This document shows, in pieces, positions 1 through 12,000 of a DNA stretch of 64,000 nt. Origin of the DNA: Azolla caroliniana (lineage: Eukaryota > Plantae > Polypodiophyta); the NCBI GenBank assembly GCA_043228905.1, contig JBHGNT010000020.1, positions 5,766,001 through 5,830,000 of the forward strand. Reading direction: 5' to 3'. Position 1 is the first letter of the stretch. Every line of letters begins with the position of its first letter. Below the pieces are notes generated by a model that was not told the DNA's origin, did no database searches, and worked only from the letters and a program-made list of their open reading frames with translations. Made by a program: the position numbers and the translations under genes.

Positions 1-3000
1 CGTCCACGTACAGGAGGAGTATTAGAGAGTCTCCTCCTTCAAACTTCTTCACAAACACGCAGTGGTCGGACTGCGTTTTGAGGTACCCTTCGTCGGTCAT
101 GAAGGAGTCGAACTTCCGGTACCATTGCCGGGGAGCCTGCTTCAGTCCGTAAAGGCTCTTCTTCAACCGGCATACCAGGTGCTCCTTCCCTTTCTTCTCG
201 AATCCTTCCGGTTGCTGCATGTAGATCTCTTCATCGAGGTCACCATGAAGGAATGCCGTCTTCACGTCCATCTGTTCTACCTCGAGGTCCATGCTTGCCG
301 CTATGCTCAGCACCGTCCGGATGGAGGTCATCTTCACTACCGGGGCAAATATCTCGTCGAAGTCGACGCCCTTCTTCTGCTGAAACCCCTTCACCACGAT
401 CCTGGCTTTGTATCTCGGGGGGTTTCCGGCATCTCCCGGTTTCAGCTTGAACACCCACTTGTTTCGAAGTGCCCGCTTTCCTTTCGGCAACTCCACAAGT
501 TCATATGTGTGGTTCTCATGCAGGGAATCCATCTCGTCCTGCATGGCACTCAACCACCTGCGGCTCTGGGTGTCGTGCTTTGCTTCTTCAAAGCTCTCCG
601 GCTCCCCCTCGTCGGTTAGCAGCACGTGCTCTGGTTCCGGAAATCTCCGGGGGGCCCTTCTCTCTCTTAGAGGATATCTCCGTTCCGGAGCTTCGGTAAC
701 CGGTTCCTCCGATTCTTCTTCATCCGAATCCATTTCGGGATCGGAGCCGGTTCCGGTATCATTTTCATCTTCTTCGGCCGGTTCTGTTTCTTCACCGTCT
801 TCGGCCGGATCCTCGAGTGCTAACCGGTCCCTTGCCGGTCGGGACTGCTCCTCATAGAGTTGATCCTCACCGGTCGACTTGGAGCTCTTCATCTTCTTCT
901 CCGACTCCCAGTCGGCGAGTGTCTTGTCCTCCATGAAGATGATGTCTCGACTCCTGAATATCTTCTTGTCGACCGGGTCCCATACTCGGTAGCCGAACTC
1001 GTCGTCGCCGTAACCGAGGAATATGCATGGCTGGGTCTTTGGATCTAGCTTTCCTCTCCGGTCCTTTGCCACATGCACGTATGCGAGACACCCGAACACC
1101 TTCAGATGCCGGTAGGACACTTCCTTACCGGTCCACACTTTCTGCGGCGTGTCTCCGTCCAAAGGTACTGAGGGTGATCTGTTTATCACGTATGTCGCCG
1201 TCGACATTGCCTCAGCCCAAAACCCCTTGGGTAATTTCGCATGCGCCAACATACTCCGGACCCTCTCCATTATGGTCCGGTTCATCCTCTCCGCCAGCCC
1301 GTTCAGTTCCGGCGTCTTCGGCACAGTAAACTCGAGCCGGATTCCCTTCGAGCGACAGTACTCCGCGAACTGCCCCCGGTATTCCCCTCCGTTATCCGCT
1401 CGTATCGCTTTCAGCTTCTTGCCGGATTCCCTTTCCACTCTCGCGTGGAGTTCTTTGAAGACGCACAACACTTGGTCCTTTGTCTTCAACGGTGCCGTCC
1501 ACAGTCTTCGGCTGTGATCATCTATGAATGTTACGAAGTACTGGGCTCCGCCATGTGACTTCGTTTCTACCTGACACACGTCGGTGTGCACCAACTCCAA
1601 TGGTGCGCTACGTCTCGTCGGTGGCCTTGAGTGGAAGGAGGTTCGGTTCTGCTTACCGGCCAGGCAATCGGTGCACTTCTCCAGGTGCACATGCTTCACT
1701 GGAATAAGGTTGTCTTCTGCAAGCCTCTTCATCCCCTTCTCACTCATGTGGCACAGTCTTTTGTGCCACAGCTCACCGGCAGTGTCGGCTGCCACATTCA
1801 GCTCTTCCGGACATAACCAGGCATTCATCAGGTACAGTGTGTTGACCTTCCGGGCCCGAGCCACTATCAAGCTCCCCTTGCTGAACTTCATGACACCGTT
1901 CCGGATGCTACCCGTGTAGCCTTCATCATCTAGCCTCCCGGCCGAAATCAGGTTCAGTCGGACCTCCGGAACGTGTCGGACATTCTTCAGCAACATTTTG
2001 CATCCGGTCGGGGTTGTCAACCACACGTCTCCTATGCCGGCAATCCGGCACGTACCTTCGTTTCCCATCCGAACACAGCCATGCTCGCCAGCTGTGTAGG
2101 ATGAGAAGTATCTTCTCTCCGGGGTCAGGTGGAACGATGCTCCGGAATCGACCACCCAGGTCGTCTCATCGCCGGCAATGTTTAGTTCACCTTCTTCGGT
2201 GATGAGCATGATCTCCTCTTCACTTGCCGCGAGTGCCGTCGTTCCTTTCCGGTCCTGTCCTCGCCGATCCGAACCATTTCGGTCCGTGGCTCCCCGGTAT
2301 GCACCGTTTCTCTCCGGTGACTTCTTCGAATCGGTGTTGTCGGTTCCATTGTCCTTTCGGTAATGCCGACAATTCTTTCGGAAGTGCCCCGGCTTCCCAC
2401 AGTGGAAGCATGTGGGCCTTCCTCTTGACTGCGACCGGGTCCCCGACTTCTCCCGTCTTTGCGGACTCCGGTTCCATTGCCTTCCCCGATCCGATTCGGT
2501 AAACAACATCTTCGGGTCGGAGGTCGGTTCCTTATCTCTCTGACGCGCTTCTTCGTTCAAAATACTTGTCTTTACCGTTTGTAAGGACAAGTTATCTTCG
2601 GTGCAGGAGGTGCTGAGAGTCACCACCAAGTTCTCCCAGCTTTCCGGCAATGTACACATCAGGATGATGGCTTGCATTGCATCCTCCAACGGGAACTTGA
2701 TCGCCGCAAGCTGATTCACGAATCCCATGAACGTGCTTACGTGTTCCACCATACTCTCGCCGTCCCGGTACTTGAGATTCACTATCTTCCTCATCAGGGA
2801 GGTCCGGTTCAACGCATTCTTCCTCTCGTAGAGGCCCGACAGCTTCTTCCACATCTCATATGCGTTGGTGTCGTTCGCCACATGTTGTAGGACGCTTACA
2901 TCGACATATTGTCGGATCGTCGCTACGGCTTTCCGGTTCAGGAGCTTCCACTCCGACTCAAGTACCCCCTTCGGTATTTCCGACCTGTCAATCGGTTCGT

Positions 3001-3106
3001 ACAGGTCCCGAACAATCAGAAGATCCTCCATCTTGATCTTCCAGTCGGCGTAATTCTGCGCATTCAGCACCATCATCCCCGGCTGCCCGCTGCCGCCGCC
3101 TTCCAT
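1..3106 (-). CDS. Ty1/copia Gag-Pol polyprotein (Tnt1-like), apparently uninterrupted, runs off the left edge
   Basis: ATG at 3106 (MEGGGSGQPGMMVLNAQNYADWKIKMEDLL). Contains the CFHCGKPGHFRKNC zinc knuckle, WVVDSGAS protease and integrase. RT LLLYVD at positions 2-19 is in the same frame as the ATG, and the ORF track shows no stop-terminated ORF in this frame. Confidence 0.9.
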   Translation of the reverse strand, partial: MEGGGSGQPGMMVLNAQNYADWKIKMEDLLIVRDLYEPIDRSEIPKGVLESEWKLLNRKAVATIRQYVDVSVLQHVANDTNAYEMWKKLSGLYERKNALNRTSLMRKIVNLKYRDGESMVEHVSTFMGFVNQLAAIKFPLEDAMQAIILMCTLPESWENLVVTLSTSCTEDNLSLQTVKTSILNEEARQRDKEPTSDPKMLFTESDRGRQWNRSPQRREKSGTRSQSRGRPTCFHCGKPGHFRKNCRHYRKDNGTDNTDSKKSPERNGAYRGATDRNGSDRRGQDRKGTTALAASEEEIMLITEEGELNIAGDETTWVVDSGASFHLTPERRYFSSYTAGEHGCVRMGNEGTCRIAGIGDVWLTTPTGCKMLLKNVRHVPEVRLNLISAGRLDDEGYTGSIRNGVMKFSKGSLIVARARKVNTLYLMNAWLCPEELNVAADTAGELWHKRLCHMSEKGMKRLAEDNLIPVKHVHLEKCTDCLAGKQNRTSFHSRPPTRRSAPLELVHTDVCQVETKSHGGAQYFVTFIDDHSRRLWTAPLKTKDQVLCVFKELHARVERESGKKLKAIRADNGGEYRGQFAEYCRSKGIRLEFTVPKTPELNGLAERMNRTIMERVRSMLAHAKLPKGFWAEAMSTATYVINRSPSVPLDGDTPQKVWTGKEVSYRHLKVFGCLAYVHVAKDRRGKLDPKTQPCIFLGYGDDEFGYRVWDPVDKKIFRSRDIIFMEDKTLADWESEKKMKSSKSTGEDQLYEEQSRPARDRLALEDPAEDGEETEPAEEDENDTGTGSDPEMDSDEEESEEPVTEAPERRYPLRERRAPRRFPEPEHVLLTDEGEPESFEEAKHDTQSRRWLSAMQDEMDSLHENHTYELVELPKGKRALRNKWVFKLKPGDAGNPPRYKARIVVKGFQQKKGVDFDEIFAPVVKMTSIRTVLSIAASMDLEVEQMDVKTAFLHGDLDEEIYMQQPEGFEKKGKEHLVCRLKKSLYGLKQAPRQWYRKFDSFMTDEGYLKTQSDHCVFVKKFEGGDSLILLLYVD

Positions 3107-3121
3107 TTTCTGCAGCAGTTC

Positions 3122-3133
3122 GCTCTGATACCA
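3122..3133 (-). other. Primer binding site (tRNA-iMet)
   Basis: gctctgatacca is the reverse complement of TGGTATCAGAGC and sits next to the LTR. Confidence 0.92.
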
Positions 3134-3136
3134 GTT

Positions 3137-3810
3137 TGTAAGGAATAGACGCTTCTATTCACCTTCACCGCTCGGCCACAACCGAGTAAGCGCGAATCGA
3201 TGGAGCAGAAAATAGGAACCACAAAGAGAAACAAAACGCGAGTACACAGGGATTAACGTGGAAAACCCTATACGGGAAAAAACCACGGGAGTACAAGACT
3301 CCAAACCAACACTATACAGAGAAGTATACAATGGCGAGCTGCAAGGCGACGACCTTGAGCTCGCTGTCCTCGCCACAGGCGGCGGAAATACACAGAGGCG
3401 TCTACCTCTTCCTCTCTCGCGCTCTATCTCTCTCACGGCTGCTCTCTCTTCACTCCTCTAAAGTGGAAAAACAGAAAAATGAGAAGCAACAGTAAAACTG
3501 TTTGCCCTAAGTCATATTTATACTTATATGACTTTGGGCTATTTACAACTGTAGCCTCAGGGGCCCATAGCGAACATATTCACGGATATGTCCCTGCATC
3601 CGGATCGCTCTCCGGGTACATTCGTCATCCGGTACCGAAACCGGGGTCTTCGTCATCCGGATCCGAAACCGAAACCGGGCTTGTCGGCATTCATCTCTGA
3701 TATCCGACCATCCCATCCGAAAGGGACCGAAATCCCAACAGGTTCTTCCTTTCGGCCACACCATTTCGCTCCGGTGTACCTGCAGTTGAACTCTGTCCGA
3801 ATTCCGTTCT
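3137..3810 (-). repeat. 5' LTR of the copia element at 1-3106
   Basis: Starts tgtaagg beside the PBS. Shares gtggaaaaccc...gggaaaaaaccacgg with the LTRs at 18836 and 43280. Right boundary is approximate, where another integrase ORF resumes. Confidence 0.8.
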
Positions 3811-5811
3811 ACTGTAGATAACTATTGAATTGGCAAGAAAAGTATTCCTTCTCGCCATCCGACCGAAGGCACTTGATCTTCCTCTCCGTTTCCCGTTCAA
3901 CCACGCATTGAAGGTTCCAGAAACACTCGAAAACTTCGCTCTTCCTCTCGATGAGGTAGATCCACATGTTCCGACTATAGTTGTCGATGAAGGAGACGAA
4001 GTATCGACTCCCGCCAAGACTAACGGTTTGTGCAGGTCCCTATACATATGAATGGATTAGGTCGAGCTTGTTACGGCTCCGGTTTTGTTCGGTAGGGAAT
4101 GCAAGCTGGTGTTACTTCCCGAGTTGGCAGGCTTCACAAATTTTGGCCTTTCGGCCACTGTTTTTCAGCAATCCAAACACAACTTGTTTCGACTGTAGGT
4201 CTTGAAGCCTCCGGTAATTGATGTGGCTGATCTGCTTGTGCCACAGGTCGATGTTCGACTCGACCTTCTGCCCTTTTGCAAACATGGCGATGCCAATGTC
4301 ATTAGTGTTGAGGATGAACATCCTCCCTTCTCTATGCCCTTGCGCAATTATCTAGCCCTCTTCCTCGATGAAGCACCCGAGGTGCGTAAACCACACATGC
4401 ATCCCCTAGTCGACGATTTATCCGACCGACACCAGGTTCTTTGTGATTGTCGGAACGTGTAGTACATTCAACAGCTTCCCCTTTTGTCTGACATGGCTTA
4501 ATGGGACTTGTCTGACATGCACAATCGGGTGAGGGGTGTCGTCTCCGGTTTTGACAATCCCTGGTTGTTCCGGTTTCTCCAAAAAAGAGAACCACTCTTC
4601 ATGGCTTGTCATGTGGTTGGACACTCTGGAATCAACGTACCATACTTCCTCCGATGTAGAAGTATTCTTCTTCATCGAGTTAGCCTTGTGCTTCATCACG
4701 AAGGTTGGCCCTTTACCGGTTTTCCTGGTTCCGGATCCTTCGGATCCTTCCGCGTAGTATGAGCTTTGTCGGTTCTTCCAACCGGTTTTGCCAGATCTGG
4801 ATTTGTCCGAATCGGCACGCTTCTTCCAACACTCACTTTCCCTATGGCCCTTTTTTCCATAGTATCAGCCTTCCGTGTCAGCCTTTCCTTGCCGGTTCCC
4901 GGCGCTGCTTTGACTCCCCCTGCTTGTGGAGGGTCCAGAACTGCTGTCGGCACCACCTCTGTGCCTCCGGTCCTGGTCTTGCCGGTCGCCTCCATTACGT
5001 GTAGACCCACCTCGTCCACCACGTCCATGGGGCCGATCTGTCTCCGTGTACAACATCTGACCGTCCGATTGAGTGGTCTTTGACCCACTCGCATGGTTTT
5101 CTTCGACCATCAAGATCAATTGCAAGTCAAATAAAGACAGTGGTTTCTCCCGGGTGCAAATCACTGTCCAGATTGGCCCATACCTTTGCGCTAGACCACC
5201 GAGGTAGATTTGTACCATCTCATCTTCGTCCACTATCATGTTGATGGACTCGAGTGCATCACAAATCTCCTTTATCTTGGTGGTGTAGTCCGTAACCGAC
5301 ATGTCTCTTTGCCGGATGTTGTTAAGCTCTTGCCGGAACTGCAACTTACGAGCAGTGGTACTCGCGGAGAAAATCTTCCTCAGATTTCCCCAGGCCTCCT
5401 TCGGCGTCTTTGCATCCTTGCTGTAGCCGAGCATCTGATCGTGCACACAAGCTACGAGGCAATACAAAACTCGACTCGCTCCTTGCTCCGATACCGGGAA
5501 GTCTTTGTGTGACAGTTCTGGTGCTACTTCATTTGTTCCTTCCAAGAAGCTCTAATATCCATGCCCCAACAACTACTAGTGCATTTTATATGACCAGGAC
5601 GCGTAGTTGCTCCGATCGAGTTGAATCTCTGTTGGAAGTGAACTCGCCATTCCTCTGTCCATATCTTTTCTCTGTCTATTGTTGCTGGGTTCTAGGGTTC
5701 GTCTACGAAAGCAAGCGTCGACTGTAGAGGTTCTCAACCCTCCTTCCAGATGCCGATCCAGCTCAAGCTTATTCAACCGATCTGGATCCGGTTGAGCTTG
5801 CTCGCTCAACA
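3811..5811 (-). mobile_element. Degenerate Ty1/copia (gag, protease, 5' integrase) with a truncated LTR remnant
   Basis: Fragments LDRSNYASWSYKMH, ARKLQFRQEL, VWYVDSRVSNHM, CEACQLGK and KCLRSDGEKEY. Ends in gttgagcttgctcgctcaaca, like the LTR end at 38854. Confidence 0.85.
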
Positions 5812-8510
5812 CATTTAATGAATCATTATTGTACCATGATTGTAACATTCCCGTTGTACTAGGAAAAAGAGAGAGGGGGCATTCAGAACTATTTAAAGCC
5901 TTTTATTTAGAACCTTTTACATGCATACATGTATTCCAAGAAAGACAACTCACTACTTATTCACATGCGTGGAAATGGCTCGAGGAATCTTGATGAAGAA
6001 CCTCTCTCACCTTCCTCACAAAAAGAAGAACGTAGCATCTTATCTTGCATTTGTCACATAGCCAAACGTAGTCTTCAACCTTCTTGCTCTCCCTGCTCTC
6101 CTCGCTCCCCTCGCTCCCATCACTCTCCTCGCTTGCAGTCGACTACCCAGGCTCACCCTTTGCACTTAGTCCACGACCCATTTATCCCCATGGCTATCGA
6201 GATCCCGACGACTCTCCAACAGTGGCGCATCGACCATGGTTTGGTAGGTTACGAATGCCCATGGTTTGACGTAAAACATCCAGCAAAGCACCTGACATTT
6301 TCTTCTGGGATGTCACCAAATTCATGATGGGGATCGCCTGTGTGCACTTGAAGACATACATGATGCCAAAACACAAGGCAGGGGTGATCATCACCACCTA
6401 TGAGGAAGATCCCATCGATTGGGGGTACGTTACAGGTGCGGCCTTACGGGTTGGGCACATCACCTTACAGGAAGGGAAGAAAATGGTCCCCATCATCGCA
6501 CAATACTTAACAATACGGTTTCTGCCACCCAATCTAGCCAGCCAAGCAGCGACGCAGACACCAGTTTTGAGCCGGAGGAAGCCACTCGGCGAACTCCGAA
6601 CGAGTGAGTGATAGGATGAAGAAACAGAGCAACCTCAAAGAACTGTGGCCTCCGGCTCGACCAAACCTGCAGCCGACATTTCCATTTCGGCGAAGCAATG
6701 GATGGAAACCAGCAGAGTGACTCGAATAGAGAGGAGTCGCCTCCAAGCCCAAAGCAGAAACGACGCCGGTTGGAGCGGAAAAATGGCCAAGGTCTACTGG
6801 AAGACGCACCCGCACAAAACATCGCAGAGGCACCAATCAAACCATCGACAATAGTCGTTCCAGACACGACTGAAGGAACGACATTGACCAGGAAGCTAGA
6901 AAGAGGTAAAGGATCCCTAATCTCCAAGAGCACAGTCCTCGCATATAGAGAAATCTGGCCGTCACACATGAATTCGCAACAATTTTACAGTTCGGCACGT
7001 CATTTGAACTCCTCAAATTCTTTGCGTCGTAGTGGCCAGGCACTGGGCTGAACAACATGGTGAGAGATAAATGATCTAGTGCACAATCGCTGGACTCATA
7101 GAGCTGGAAGACAAGAACGCCTTGAGCTAAATCAATTGGAAATGGCACGTAGACGGTGGGCATATCGCAATCGAATTGCCAACCCTGAACTTGGTCCTGG
7201 TCCAGAGTTGACCCAAGTCCGCCTCGGAGCCAAAGACACGGCCTACAAGAATAAGCAAGTGAGGCGGACGGAGAAAGAGCACAAGCGGTAGCTTCAAGAG
7301 CTGCAAGACAAGGTGGCTGAACCACAACTCCAATCACCAAACGCCACATCCGCAAACCCTGCCGACCACTCCTCCATAGACGAAGTCCGCGCATTACGCG
7401 AAGAAGTTGAGGTGCAACAACCAATTGCGGGAAAAACAAAGAGAGCAGTAGCATTGGGTGAATCGGAAATCAAGCAGCTCTGGTCGGCTCTTTGATAGTC
7501 TTCGGATTGCGAGAAAGGTGTTCGGGCCACGGCTCGCAAAAATGTGAAAGCCCTCCAAGACAAACTCAACGCGTTTATGATCGTGCACAATTGGACTCTC
7601 GCAACACTAGATGAACAACAAGAGGCTACCTCACGCACGAAACAAACGGTCTAGGAACTTCGGGAGGCAAAGTCCAACCAAAAGGCGTGGTTTGAGGAGC
7701 AGATGACGACCGAAAATAAATTAGCTGAGGAAGTCCAATTTCTCCTGCGGACCAAAATGGATCGAATGTAGGAAATGTACACCAAGGAATTGGACATCCT
7801 ATGAATGAACATGGGCCTCATCCATGACCGCTACACATTACAGTCAGGATGCACTGCAAATACAATCAAACAGCTCAAAACCACCAACGAGCACATGCAC
7901 ACAAAAACACAAATGTCAGAGGAGCAGATCTGAATGTTGCTCGAGAGTGGCAAAAAAAGCATCCTCCAGATGATAACCGACTGGTTACAGAGAGGCTGGG
8001 AAAAGTGGTCCACACAAGTTGCCGAACTCTACACCTTTCGAATGGACCATGAGAATCGAAGGAAGGAAAGTCACGGCTTTTTTAAAGCTTGATGAAGAAA
8101 GTGTGGGCACCGTTCGGGTCGACGTCACAGAGGATTACAAGGCGCTTGCGGTGCATCACACAGAGTAGGTGGTGTAGCTCCTGGAGGTATTCAACGAAGA
8201 TCAAATAGACCTCGCATTGGAAATGGAGTCCCATGAGATTGAACAGGCAGAGGCGGCAAAATAGCAGGACATTGAGCAAGCACACAATACCGCTCCACGA
8301 CAATGAATCCGACGAGCAACCCTTGCATCCCCTCCTTGACATAGACCTTACGGAGCAGCAAGCGGCCGAAACCCTGTAGTTGACCACACACCAACCGCTG
8401 CCTACAACCCCTTCAGAGACACAACTTCACATACTTAAGCCAGAAATCGAACAGGAGTGACAAACAGAACCCAAATCCATGCCAACCAAGCCAAATATTT
8501 TGCACATTTT
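5812..8510 (+). pseudogene. Decayed ORF region (globular part plus Q/E/K-rich coiled coil), probably an accessory ORF of an LTR retrotransposon
   Basis: Broken plus-strand ORFs 6324-6611, 6698-7051 and 7313-7495 lie upstream of an LTR-like segment. No recognisable catalytic motif. Confidence 0.35.
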
Positions 8511-8552
8511 TTATGACGCTTGAGTCACCCGTGGGTTCAACCGTGCATGCAT

Positions 8553-9078
8553 TGTCCTACGGGCATGCCATCCGTTGGCCGGTTCGAACAACCAAGTGTA
8601 AAAAGGGTGGATAATGGTTACGAAGAGAAAGATGAATGGGTCGGACCAAGTAATTAAAGAAGTAGGAAATAGGGAGTCGAAAAATAGAAAAGTTATTGAA
8701 TAGGGAGTAGTAGTTCATGTGTAGTCGTAACCGTCTATGAGCCCTATAAAAAGGGCCATTGGAAGAATGTAAAGGGTAATTGAACACTTTGTATCTTTTT
8801 GCACTAATAATAGATTTTTGTTTGCCTCCAATTCTTGAGTCTAAATATGTGTTGAGTTTCCATGTTCGGTGTAATCGTGTGTCTACACTCGGTTGTTGCC
8901 AGCTTGTTCATCTCCACAGTCGCATAACCTTAGTTCAATTCCTGTGAAATCTTCTACTGTTTGAAACCTTCGAACAGCTTGTAGCAGAGTAAACTTCCAC
9001 TATCCCCGAACACAATACCTTGAGTCGAATAGCCAAAGGATCAGTTATTCGACACATTGTTATCCTAGGAAAATAACA
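8553..9078 (+). repeat. LTR-like segment that truncates the methyltransferase gene of element copy 1
   Basis: TG...aataaCA with a TATA (ctataaaaggg). Homology to copy 2 starts abruptly at 9079. Left boundary uncertain. Confidence 0.45.
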
Positions 9079-12000
9079 ACGGTTAGCGGGAGGCCGGCTG
9101 AAAACATTCAGTATCTGCCATATGTTTGGCCCCTACCTCCTCATCTTGATCGGGGCATTCCCAAAGCGCACGAAGCCTCATGTTGATGATGTTCACCTGC
9201 TCCTCATCTTTCTCCAATGTGACCGAATTTCGGAAAAGCTTCAAAGCACACGCCGAAGTGGTGCCTAAACACCATAAATAAGAAATAATCAATATTATCA
9301 TAGGTCTAAATATAAATAAAATCTTCAACACATTGGGAAAATGATTTGACCATTTACCTGTGCCAGAAAACAAGTCCAAAATCCAGTCATCTTCATTCAA
9401 AAACATCTCCACAACGCGCATCATTAAATGTTGGGGCTTTTGGTAGGGATTCACAAGCCCGCGCTTAGTCATGGTCACATGTCGAAGCTTCCGTGTCACG
9501 GCTGGATATACGAGCAGGTTTGAGCATCCCACCTCATTCGAATGCTCCTTGATTCTTTGCTTCTTGATCTCGTCATAATAACCAATTGTTATATATTCCA
9601 TTGCGTTGACGAACCGAAAAGTCGGTCCCCTGTTTACATTGGTTTTAATCCATTGAGAAAAAAGTTATAGCAGTTTAAATTATAATATATAATTCCTATT
9701 GAAATACAGTGCTTTCGATAAAATCCTTACCAAGCAAGGTTCTCAATTCCATGGCAACGAGATCACAACGCTTGAGCCACGGAATATCCCTGATCCATGC
9801 TATGAAATATTATAATTCATTACAAGGAAGCGGTGGTCAAGTCGGCAAAATCTTTTACCATTTTTTCCAGCTGCTTGAACTAAAAGGTTCGTCATCGTAG
9901 ATTGAACTAGCCATACGAAAACCGTATGGAATATCAGCTACCGTTAACGTATACTCTTTCTTTGGCAGCTTCTGGATCATGTCAGCCACATCACCACAAT
10001 AAACATTGTAGTACAGATCTCTGGTGATGTCTTTTTTGTGGCTGAACTTCTTGAAGGTGCTGTCATCTTCCACCTGAAAAGCCCTTACCAAGCATCGATC
10101 CTTCTCTTTTCTGGCCCTTTCAAGATGCGCAAGAAAGGATGTTGGAAATTCATGTATATCCTTTATTTCACCAGGCCTCTTACTCCGACATGGTTTCTAA
10201 AAAAAATAAGAAATCAATAAAGTTATAGTGATACACGGGATGGACCACCACAAATTGATCAAACAAAGAGTTATACTCACCCAATCCTTAAATGCAATGA
10301 AATATTCCGATAATGCCTTGTACGAAGACGTTATCGGATATTTTTCAGTCACTTGTTCCCATGATAAGCAACCTAGTTGCATCATCATCACTTCTTGTAT
10401 TTTCATATAGACTTTGTGGCTAAAAATTTATAAACCAACATTAAAAACTCATTTCTTAAAACAAGATAAACCATAAAAAATTTAGTAAGACCTTACTTGT
10501 TGAACTCTGTAACCATTTCCTCTAGGCTCAGCTCCTTTGCTACAACTCTTGAAAGCACAGATATAAGAAGTTGCTCATCTTTGATCCCTTGCATTGCCCT
10601 CCCTAAAGACAACTTCATATCATCGGCCACTTCCTCAATGGTAAGCTCTATCTTCTTCGCAGCTGAGCTCTTCAATTCTAATTGAGGGTTAACTTTCGAC
10701 TTCTTCTATCTTTGACCCTTCACTTCCTTATTCTCGCACATCGTAAATATTTGATCTTGAAGATCCCAGACTCCTCCATCCCTAAATGCGAGTAGAAACC
10801 ACGACTCATACTTTCTGATTCCATCAGACTTCACCGCATCGTCCACCACAATTCCCACTTTGTGGAGACATTGCCGTCGTAGAGCTAGATATAATTTCGC
10901 TCCATATATGGTTTTGCTGTTGACGTACTCATGGTGAAAAAATCTAATATGTTCGATGCAGGACATCTTCTGCCGGTAGTCATTGTCGTTATTGTGGTCC
11001 CATGCTAACAACTTCGCCTCCTCAGTTGTTAACCCCACATAAATTTCGCATTCCGCATATTTGAAGAAGAACGTTGGGGGATGCTCGCGGACTAATTGTT
11101 GTCTGGCCTCCGCCAAGTGAGATCCTCCAATCACAAAATAATTGTATTGGTCGTGCTTCTTAATATCAAAATCCTCTAGCTTAGAGCACTCAAGAGGATC
11201 CACCATTACAATAAAAGGCACGACCGTTGCATGAGGGTTGATTTTCATCTTCTTCTTTAAATTTTGGACATGCAGCTTATGTGGTTCTCTGATCTCCAAA
11301 GGGCGACGTCTTGTATTCTCATCCACTGGGGGGGCGATGAATATGGGTTATCAGAATGTTAAAAACTTGCCCCTTCCGCACAAGTTTTCTATGTATTAAG
11401 TCCCTTCTAATTTTATTTTGTTCTGATGAGAACACACCAAATGCCAGCTCTGCTCCTGGTGTAGCTTGAGCCTCTTTCTCCTCTGTTGAACTCGATGACT
11501 CAGAATCTAACATTCTCGTCACCTTCTTTTTTGAGGGCCTAGACTGCACCGCAAATTTCCTTATTGGTGCTTTTTTGGGCGATAAGTAGGCTGTCTTCAA
11601 ATTAACATGACCTTGAATATATGGCCTCAGTGTTGTTATTAAGTTAGTACTTGTCTCAATAGCATGTCGGAAGGATTTTGGCCCGCATGAATCTTTCAAT
11701 AAGTAGTCTTCAGAGACCATCATTTGTCGGACTCCTTTTGTACAGTTGACTAATACAATCAAATTAGTTGAGTCTGCATCTTCATAGTCCAGTCGCAAGA
11801 TTTTGCCATAGCTAAATGCACGATCTTGAGCAAGCATACCACGTCCAACCAATCTGGTAACTAATAGTACTACTTTCTTTTTCGAGTCTACATATTGCAT
11901 TGCCCACTCATATCCTGTTATGTCTATGTCTAACTGGTCCTCACTTCCCCTGACCGTGGCAGATGTTTTCTGACTAACCTCGTCAGAAGGCAGCCTCACG

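Noticed and set aside
62-3148. Many plus-strand ORFs
   Set aside because: Antisense shadows of the GC-rich copia polyprotein.
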